Below are positions 1 through 5,937 of a stretch of DNA of 5,937 nucleotides, piece by piece. Position 1 is the stretch's first letter. Every line of letters begins with the position of its first letter. The DNA comes from Paraspadella gotoi. Lineage: Eukaryota; Animalia; Chaetognatha. The DNA lies in assembly GCA_051294375.1 (NCBI GenBank), contig JBJCIZ010000369.1:1-5937 (forward strand), read 5' to 3'. The notes under the pieces are model-generated. The model made no database searches. It was not told the DNA's origin and saw nothing but the letters and a program-made list of their open reading frames with translations. Position numbers and translations under genes: made by a program.

Positions 1-225
1 GACGTTTACAGATTTTTCATCGAGAGCAATAAATTTAAGCGAAAAAGTACAAAGTAAGGGTTATATATTTAAGGACTTAAGAAAAATGGGAATTAAATTT
101 TTCATAATTATAAGGAACTAATAAAAAAATATAATGTTACTGATGTTAATCTATTTTCAAAAAAGATTATACATGATAGTTCCTAGTAAAAATAATAAGG
201 AAGAAATAACAAAATTAATCCACTA

Positions 226-246
226 AATAATAATAATAATAATAAT
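226..246 (+). repeat. (AAT)7 microsatellite
   Basis: Seven perfect AAT units. Confidence 0.9.
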
Positions 247-259
247 AACATCAACAAAA

Positions 260-395
260 TTATTTAAATAACTTATTAAACTTATTTAACTCTTTGATTT
301 AAATTATTTTTTTTTAAACTTATTCTTACTATTTAACTTATTATTTAATTTATTATTTAATTTATTTAAATTATTTACAATTTACAAATTATTAA
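260..395. repeat. Degenerate AT-rich tandem / low-complexity tract (TTATTTAA-like units)
   Basis: Recurrent ttatttaa(c/a/t) units with irregular ~9-12 nt spacing. Confidence 0.6.
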
Positions 396-940
396 AAAAC
401 CTTAATAAATTTCTCTAAAATTATTAATGCTGTGATGCTAGGGCTTAAGATTTAAGGTTTAAGATATAAACATTCAAAATATACCTTTAAAATATAAGAT
501 AAACAACAATGAAGGATCACCATTTGGTGATGGCTCGCCTATACCTGGATATTGGGATTAAAGAGCCGAAATCCATGAAGGGTATAGGTTCCCAAACTGA
601 TGACCTTCCGATTGTATAAACATAAAAAATAAAAAATATTCTAAAAATAAATAATTAAAAAGAAGAATAAAAAAAAAAGAAATTTAATTGAAGTATTTTA
701 AAATTATATTCATAACATAAAGGTGCCCCTATAGACCTTTCCCCAGTATGTATCCCTATCAGAACATACAATTCTACATGGTAGTCTTATCCCTATTGGT
801 AAAAAAACCATATATAACGTTGGCCCCCCTAAAAAAATTATCCATTCCCACCCCTTTCTGTTCAGACTTTTAAGTTTAAGTTTTTAAAAGGAAAAAAATA
901 ATCAAAATTTTTCAAAAAACGATCACGCAAGAGATCGTAC

Positions 941-1038
941 AGAGAGATGGAGAGGAGACACAGAGACAGAGAGAGAGAGACAGAGAGACACAGAAAGAGA
1001 AAGAAAGAGACAGACAGAGAGAGAGAGAAAGAGAGAAA
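941..1038 (+). repeat. Compound (GA)n/(GACA)n/(GAAA)n purine-rich microsatellite
   Basis: About 100 nt almost entirely of GA, GACA and GAAA units. Confidence 0.9.
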
Positions 1039-1116
1039 GCTGGACAGCCGCTGGAAGGCAGATGTACAATCACTGCAGAGCCTGAACTCGTTTTGAAAGG
1101 GTTCAAAAGAGGCAGC

Positions 1117-1151
1117 AACTGACAAATATAGGAAGAAAAATATATATATAA
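1117..1151 (-). promoter_or_regulatory. Possible minus-strand core promoter (TATA-like + Inr TCAGTT)
   Basis: On the minus strand, TATATATA starts at 1150 and TCAGTT lies at 1122-1117 with its A at 1120, a 30-nt spacing. The AT-rich context makes a chance match plausible. Confidence 0.25.
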
Positions 1152-1180
1152 TTTAAAGAAATAAATGAAAGGAAAAAAAT

Positions 1181-1216
1181 GTTACAATTGTTTACAATTG
1201 GAATTTGTTACAATTT
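1181..1216. repeat. Short tandem TTACAATT x3
   Basis: gTTACAATTg tTTACAATTg gaatttg TTACAATT. Confidence 0.55.
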
Positions 1217-1414
1217 TTTTCAATCATAGCTTGTAAAAGATTTTATTTTTATTTGTATTAAAATTAAGATATAGCTTCTCATTAAAAAGGTCCTTTGATT
1301 TCCCATTTTTATTATAGATTTAAAAAAAAATTTTTGAATTTAATCTTCAATATAGTATATATACTGCAATATGTAAATTAGATTAAAGAATTTTTATATA
1401 CCATCGCAGGATAA

Positions 1415-1519
1415 CCAATCCTACCCAAAGTAGAAACGGATCGGAGGATCGGGAAATCTCCGCCGATATGGAATCGCCGAATCATGATTGGTCAAGACGG
1501 AATCGGCCTCGACCAATCA
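1415..1519 (+). promoter_or_regulatory. Three CCAAT (NF-Y-type) boxes in U3
   Basis: CCAAT at 1415-1419, ATTGG at 1487-1491 and CCAAT at 1513-1517. The last two sit in the extended context TGATTGGTC / GACCAATCA, about 60-90 bp upstream of the TATA box. Confidence 0.65.
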
Positions 1520-1577
1520 GCTTGCAGAAACAATGAAATTGTAAAAATAGCCCATGCCTCTGATCCTCTTCTCCAGA

Positions 1578-1609
1578 TATAAATAGACCTAGCTTTCTTT
1601 AGTTTCAGT
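1578..1609 (+). promoter_or_regulatory. Pol II core promoter: TATA box plus initiator (predicted TSS ~1607)
   Basis: TATAAATA at 1578-1585 and TCAGT at 1605-1609. The Inr A (1607) is 29 nt from the first T of the TATA box, which is canonical spacing. Confidence 0.75.
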
Positions 1610-1660
1610 AGAATTGATCTGACTCCTGTGTGTGTCTCACCGTCATTGTATTATTCTCAG

Positions 1661-1666
1661 AATAAA
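1661..1666 (+). terminator. Polyadenylation signal in the LTR R region
   Basis: AATAAA lies 54 nt downstream of the predicted TSS and ~50 nt before the LTR end, as expected in an LTR. It would normally be used in the 3' copy. Confidence 0.65.
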
Positions 1667-1714
1667 TCCCGTTTCGATTTCGACCATAGAAATCCATGAG
1701 TTTTTCCTTCGATG

Positions 1715-1727
1715 TGGTGACAGGACT
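1715..1727 (+). other. Putative tRNA primer-binding site (PBS)
   Basis: TGGTGACAGGACT begins with TGG (complement of tRNA CCA) directly after the right inverted repeat. It is 11/13 identical to TGGTGTCAGGAGT, the complement of the metazoan tRNA-Leu(CAG) 3' end as I recall it. Primer identity is not confirmed. Confidence 0.65.
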
Positions 1728-1871
1728 TCTGGGCAAGACTCACCACTCCTCCAAAAAGCCGAAGCCAACAACAACGACCACGCCACCCCAAATGGACCCC
1801 GTACCTTCCACCTCCGACTCCGCCCCGCCGGAAAAGATATACCACCCATCCCGGCACCCAAGGGAAACTGG

Positions 1872-4400
1872 ATGGATTGGAGGGACCCAAACAAAACGAA
1901 GCCAAAACTCTTAAACGACGACGACGGAAGCAGTGCCAAAGAAGACGATTTAATCCGCACCTTCAACATGCCACGCGAACTGGCCGAGCACTGCAGACTA
2001 ACCACGAAAGGAGTCATCGCAAAACAGATGATGCAATTCGTAAATGATGCGAACATCAAAAATCAAAATAAAATTGATGCTCTCGCAAAAGAAATGCAAG
2101 CCATGGATCACAAAATAAACTCCATGGACCGACACATGTCCGAGGTAACACCAAAATTAAATGCCATCCTCGCCAAACTGGATATTAAGACGGAAGGAAC
2201 GCCCCCACCGCCAGCGTCAATCTACCCTACATTAACCAGCGCTCCACATGTCGTGATGCCCGCGCAACGCAGCTTCCTCGACCACCAATCCGTGGCCAGA
2301 GTCAAAGCCCCCGACGACGCCGGATCGGAAGGCGGCGTCAGCGAACCGCCCGGCTACACCCCGTCCGAACGCCCGATCAAATTGGAAAAAAGGACGAAGA
2401 ACGAAACCCCTGAACAATACCTCAGAAATTTCTACCAGGCCTACAAAAACTCAGCGGCGCCACCCAACAAGATCGACGAACAACTCCGAGCCATCCTCGC
2501 CCAAGACAAGGAAGCAACGAGATTCACGATCGAAATAAACAACAGCCGCTGGCTTGGATTACGAGCCATCTTCGAGGCTTCATCCCTATCGATAGCCGAG
2601 GCGGACAAACTGGCGACTCTCTCTGTCGATCCTTCAATCCACTCCAGATATGGAATTGCCCTCGTCAACGAGGCTCTCGAGAAGTACGAGAACGTCCGAG
2701 AAAAAGATAAGGCTTCCATCCCCGATTATGCCGCACAACTCCTTGTAAGGGCCTTGGAACCCTACATGCACGGCATAACCACCAAGACCCTGGAATGGAC
2801 TTACCTGCTGGAACGCCAACAGTTTCTCGAGCTAGGCAGAGAAATTGAATACAGGCTCAAAGGATACTTGACAAGTGACGCCACCGAGCTTGAAAGAGCA
2901 AGGAAAACTGTCAGTACGGTCTCTGGTGATGACAAAGAAAAGCTGGTCAGCGCCCTCGTCACCAAAGGCCTCACCGACCAGGATCCGACGGCCAGCGCAA
3001 CAGCATTCTATCAAGGAACCATGCTCCAAGAATTGAACAATGTTAACGAGTCAATAAGGGAAATTAAGCGCCACATAGGAAAACCTACGCGTTTCAACGA
3101 CGATCGCGGCGAACGACGCCGGAACGACCACCGCTACGACGATCGCCGACACGACGACCGGCGCTACGATAACCGCCGCCAGGACGATCGCCGCCAGGAC
3201 GATCGCCGCTACGATGGAAAGAAATTCGAAAAGAATACTACATCGAAGGGAACTTGGAAAAACGAAAAAGGGGGCCGTTATTGGCAAAACGACGACAAGA
3301 AAGGGAAAAGATTTTCAAGATTCGGAAAAAGGCGAGATTTGGTTTATGTAAATGATAAATTGGAAAATGATTCCACTGACGATGACTCTTTTGTTGTAAA
3401 TAAAGAAAATTTGTATTATCCCTTTGTCATTCATAAAAAAGAAAGAAAAACAGTCAAAAGTCAAAATCGCCTTAAGCAAGCTTATCAGACGCTGGGCCAT
3501 AAGATAAACTCAAAGAAAGCAAAAATTGAAAACAAACAGGACATCATTAGAATAAAAAGCTTGGCAGAGATTGTAAACAGTTTTAAAGGTAAATCCACCT
3601 CGGCAAGGATGCACAAGCTACTCAATACATCAACACGAGATGAATTAGTGATAATCAATAAAATGATTCACCAGATGGGATGGAAAAACTGGAACGAATC
3701 AAATGAGACCGAACAAAAGGCAAGAATAAAAAGATCCAAAGCCTGCGCTAAACTCGCCAGAAGGGCAGAACGGAAGGAAGTCGAAAACAACGCCTCTCCC
3801 ATTTCCGTTTATCCGCCTCCTCTCATTTCCGTCTCTCCGCCTCCTCCTATTTTCGTTTCCCCGTCTCCTCCACCACCAGCCAAACTAACAAACAGGCCAA
3901 ACCCTGCAAGACGGAACGAACGACTCGGACTCAGGAGGCTAAAACCTGCGGGTGGGTTGATCAACCCAACATATAACATCGTGAAAGGTGAATTTAATGG
4001 AGAATCCCTCCACCAAGCCACCATCAGAAGAATAGAAACGGAAATTCACGAACCGGAAAATTTCCTTCCACCTCAACCAAGTATTGAAACGTCAAAAGAC
4101 GAGAAGGAATTACCTCCCTTACCAAAAGAAGTAAATGCAAGATTATCACCAATATCGAAGGGCCAGCACCCCGTGAGACACCGGAAATACACTTCACGCT
4201 GGAAAAAACAGTTACATCCCGGTCGTAATCTCCGGAGCCCCGGCAAGTTGCTTGTACGACACTGGGGCCTCCATAAACACCATCCAAGGAAATTTGTTGA
4301 AAAGTGGGGACTCGCCACACAAATTTACCACGGAAAGCCATTGAAGCTCTCAACAGCAACTGGAACCATCGCCTTAACCGAGATGATAAAATCAGGATAA
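1872..4400 (+). CDS. gag: Gag-like polyprotein (Gag plus long Lys/Pro-rich extension; last ~40 codons are probably protease sequence)
   Basis: The frame is open from 1632 to 4400, between PBS and protease. The track's GTG start at 1632 is inside the LTR. The first in-frame ATG is 1872; ATG 1792 is an alternative if one A is missing at 1832-1835. The protein has an N-terminal heptad coiled coil, a Pro-rich linker, a ~240-aa predicted helical capsid-like region and a basic Arg/Asp-rich nucleocapsid-like region. The assignment is positional and architectural, not from a recognised capsid motif. Confidence 0.75.
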   Translation: MDWRDPNKTKPKLLNDDDGSSAKEDDLIRTFNMPRELAEHCRLTTKGVIAKQMMQFVNDANIKNQNKIDALAKEMQAMDHKINSMDRHMSEVTPKLNAILAKLDIKTEGTPPPPASIYPTLTSAPHVVMPAQRSFLDHQSVARVKAPDDAGSEGGVSEPPGYTPSERPIKLEKRTKNETPEQYLRNFYQAYKNSAAPPNKIDEQLRAILAQDKEATRFTIEINNSRWLGLRAIFEASSLSIAEADKLATLSVDPSIHSRYGIALVNEALEKYENVREKDKASIPDYAAQLLVRALEPYMHGITTKTLEWTYLLERQQFLELGREIEYRLKGYLTSDATELERARKTVSTVSGDDKEKLVSALVTKGLTDQDPTASATAFYQGTMLQELNNVNESIREIKRHIGKPTRFNDDRGERRRNDHRYDDRRHDDRRYDNRRQDDRRQDDRRYDGKKFEKNTTSKGTWKNEKGGRYWQNDDKKGKRFSRFGKRRDLVYVNDKLENDSTDDDSFVVNKENLYYPFVIHKKERKTVKSQNRLKQAYQTLGHKINSKKAKIENKQDIIRIKSLAEIVNSFKGKSTSARMHKLLNTSTRDELVIINKMIHQMGWKNWNESNETEQKARIKRSKACAKLARRAERKEVENNASPISVYPPPLISVSPPPPIFVSPSPPPPAKLTNRPNPARRNERLGLRRLKPAGGLINPTYNIVKGEFNGESLHQATIRRIETEIHEPENFLPPQPSIETSKDEKELPPLPKEVNARLSPISKGQHPVRHRKYTSRWKKQLHPGRNLRSPGKLLVRHWGLHKHHPRKFVEKWGLATQIYHGKPLKLSTATGTIALTEMIKSG
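3129..3215 (+). repeat. 15-nt coding tandem repeat (~6 units) encoding (R/H)R-x-D-(D/N)
   Basis: HRYDD RRHDD RRYDN RRQDD RRQDD RRYD. Two units are exact copies of CGCCGCCAGGACGAT (3174-3203). Confidence 0.9.
3792..3869 (+). repeat. 24-nt coding tandem repeat (~3 units), Pro/Ser-rich
   Basis: ATTTCCGTTTATCCG at 3801, ATTTCCGTCTCTCCG at 3825 and ATTTTCGTTTCCCCG at 3849. Encodes PISVYPPP LISVSPPP PIFVSPSP. Confidence 0.85.
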
Positions 4401-4473
4401 TGTTTCAAACCTGATATTGAAAACCGTTTTCTACATCTCTGCTGATGAAAACGATCAAGACATTATCATTGGC
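4201..4473 (+). pseudogene. pol: Retropepsin-type aspartic protease, split across frames
   Basis: Frame 1 from 4201 reads GKNSYIPVVISGAPASCLYDTGASINTI, with the catalytic D-T-G at 4258-4266. Frame 3 continues RKFVEKWGL...KPLKLSTATGTIALTEMIK (flap-like). Frame 1 from 4411 reads LILKTVFYISADENDQDIIIG, matching the C-terminal D-x-I-L-G-type motif. It is missed by the ORF track. Confidence 0.85.
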
Positions 4474-5130
4474 ACGGCGATCACCAACCCAGGGCCACCA
4501 CCAAATGTGGGTAGTACAGCCATCAAAAACTAGACAGGATCTACAGATGGCATCTATGGATGGCAAACCGATCACCCATCTCTTTCAAGACAAACATGAA
4601 GCCCTCAAAGCGGCCAGGTGGATGGCAAGAAGGAACGTCGATGATCGAATTGAGCTCCCACTCCACGTCGAGAAAGGAAGAGATGGAAAAACAAGGTTAA
4701 CTGCTGACCGAACCTACTGGAAAACTTTAGCCAACTCAAGATGGATTGTCAGATCTTTAGACGGCGAAAACATTCACATAGTTAACGGAGACAATCTCAG
4801 AGATGGAGTTGAGCTGACGGCGACCCAGGTAGATGGGGACACGCATTTCCCCTTATAACAACTGAAGCAAATCCGACCTAGGCTCGAAACCGAAAATACA
4901 GTAGAACCCGTACAGGCTGATTTTAGTGGAGAAAAACCACACTTGAGAAAAGTAAGAAAAGAAAACATTCCGCCAACAACCATAGTCCACCACAAACAAC
5001 AGAGGAGGAACTGGAAGCCGTGAGGAAGGCTGGTCAAGCAAGAAAAGACAAGCACGACGCAAAGAGGAAAAGAGGAATTCTTGAAACCTTTTAAAGACGT
5101 CGATCCGTCCTTGCCGAAAAGGCTCCACTA
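4474..5130 (+). pseudogene. pol: Pol linker between protease and RT (frameshifted; includes most of track ORF 4445-4858)
   Basis: Long coding-like + strand stretches lie between the protease and RT motifs, interrupted by stops and frame changes (e.g. TAA at 4856). No recognisable motif. Confidence 0.55.
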
Positions 5131-5937
5131 GTGTGGGAAATAGTGTGGGAATACAGGGATGTCTTCGGAGAAAGTATCAATGACTGCAAGGAAGGCTTCC
5201 TGAATTACAAAGTCGACCTTGGATTCACCGAGAATGATCTTCCTAAACCACGCTTTGTAAACCAAGGGCCAGTAAAAAAAGCAGCTTTAAAGCGATACCT
5301 TGAGGTTTACGAAAACGCCGGAATCGTTTCAAGGACAAGGAATGAAAAGCTTATTCCAACGCCTTTTTAATAAAGAAACCAGGCCACATTGCCGAGAAGC
5401 AAGATGAAATGACTGACGAATTATTTGCAAAGCAATGGAGACTAATATGCGATCTCTCCGCAGTTAATGACAACATCTCCACCTACGCAACAGAACCACA
5501 GACAATAACATCNNNNNNNNNNNNNNNNNNNNNNNNNNNNNNNNNNNNNTCACTCGATATTTTGGCTTGCTTCCACCAAGTGAACCTTACCGAAAAGTGC
5601 AAACGAGTCACTACCTTCGCAGGTGCTGGACACAATTGGTGGATNNNNNNNNNNCCAATGGGAGGTGTGAATAGCGTAAATGTTTTACAAGCTATTCTCG
5701 ATGAGATTTTCAAGGACCTTGGGANNNNNNNNNNNNNNNNNNNNNNNNNNNNNNNNNNNNNNNNNNTTACTGCCAAATCAGCGGAAGACATGGCCGAAAG
5801 ACTCCGTGAACTACTACAGAAATGTAGAGACGAAAACGTCGTCCTNNNNNNNNNNAAAAGTGTTCTGCTGCGCAAAGAGGATATCAAAATCCTTGGTTTT
5901 AGTATCTCAAACAGCAAGCTCTTGCCACAGAGAGAAA
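5131..5937 (+). CDS. pol: Reverse transcriptase, partial (one frameshift at ~5348, N gaps, 3'-truncated by window)
   Basis: Frame 1 reads VWEIVWEYRDVF...LEVYENAGIVSRT. Frame 3 from 5349 to the end has no visible stop: AYSNAFLIKKPG...WRLICDLSAVND...SLDILACFHQVNL...TTFAG...PMGGVNSVNVLQAILDEIFKDL [N gap where YxDD is expected] ...LRELLQKCRDENVVLxxxKS...IKILGFSISNSKLLP. Motif order and spacing match LTR-retroelement RTs. Confidence 0.92.

Larger units (their letters stand above)
1402..1714 (+). repeat. Putative 5' LTR (~313 bp; U3 ~1402-1606, R from ~1607, U5 to 1714)
   Basis: Bounded by inverted repeats CATCGCAGGA (1402-1411) and TCCTTCGATG (1705-1714), a 9/10 match. It starts where the AT-rich flank ends and stops immediately before the TGG PBS. 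It contains CCAAT, TATA, Inr and AATAAA in the canonical LTR order. The second LTR copy is not in the window. Confidence 0.75.
1402..5937 (+). mobile_element. LTR retrotransposon / endogenous retrovirus-like element, Ty3/Gypsy-like, 5' part (LTR-PBS-gag-PR-RT), runs off the 3' edge of the window
   Basis: The order is LTR-like promoter block, TGG primer-binding site, long Gag-like ORF, aspartic protease motif (CLYDTGASINTI), then RT motifs (FLIKKP, WRLICDLSAVN, SLDILACFHQV, PMGGVNS, IKILGFSIS). Protease is followed by RT with no integrase recognisable between them, which argues against Ty1/copia. A protease argues against DIRS and LINE elements. There is an abrupt compositional shift from AT-rich flank at ~1401. 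Confidence 0.9.

Noticed and set aside
568-578. GAAATCCATGA shared with the LTR (1689-1699)
   Set aside because: A single 11-mer match is expected by chance in 6 kb, and the flanks do not align.
525-608. Canonical hammerhead ribozyme (CTGATGA plus GAAA)
   Set aside because: The bases after CTGATGA (CCTTC) do not pair with those before GAAA (GAGCC), so stem II cannot form in any permutation. Kept only as a generic hairpin finding.
862-1125. Minus-strand ORFs 862-1125 and 912-1118
   Set aside because: They are translations of the GA/CT microsatellite (SLSLSV, LCLSL) with no coding evidence.
1285-1303. Histone stem-loop-like AAAAGGTCCTTT
   Set aside because: The 3' arm of the stem is absent and there is no histone ORF.
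1632-1791. GTG start and N-terminal extension of the 922-aa ORF
   Set aside because: It lies in the LTR R/U5, PBS and leader, and GTG initiation is unlikely in this eukaryotic context.
3129-3215. CRISPR-like or non-coding array
   Set aside because: The units are contiguous 15-mers without spacers, in frame, and vary at codon level, so this is a coding repeat.
4203-4209. AAAAAAC as a programmed -1 gag-pol slippery site
   Set aside because: Its phase would shift out of, not into, the protease frame. With so many nearby indels a programmed site cannot be identified.
4398-5370. Alternative genetic code (TAA/TAG read as Gln) explaining the pol stops
   Set aside because: Protease and RT motifs switch frames, which readthrough cannot fix, and the long gag and RT frames contain no in-frame TAA/TAG.
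5483-5917. 144-aa minus-strand ORF and other short antisense ORFs within gag/pol
   Set aside because: They are antisense shadows of the + strand coding region, partly open only because of N runs, with no motifs.

Overview
Eukaryotic genomic DNA. Bases 1-1401 are very AT-rich non-coding flank with microsatellites and low-complexity tracts. From about 1402 to the window end lies the 5' half of a divergent Ty3/Gypsy-like (Metaviridae-type) LTR retroelement on the + strand. It has a ~313-bp 5' LTR with CCAAT boxes, TATA, initiator and AATAAA, then a TGG-starting primer-binding site, and a long Gag-like ORF. The Gag carries a coiled coil, YPxL and PPxY late-domain-like motifs and an Arg/Asp repeat, and has no CCHC knuckle. 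It is followed by a retropepsin protease (YDTGAS ... DIIIG) and the N-terminal part of a reverse transcriptase. The pol region is broken by many frame changes that mostly fall at homopolymers, which suggests read errors or decay, and N runs hide the YxDD motif. The most unusual features are the apparent LTR ends (inverted repeats reading CA...TG or TC...GA rather than TG...CA), the clustered budding-type motifs in Gag, and a large unexplained segment between Gag and protease. RNase H, integrase, any env and the 3' LTR are outside the window, so classification and LTR limits are provisional.
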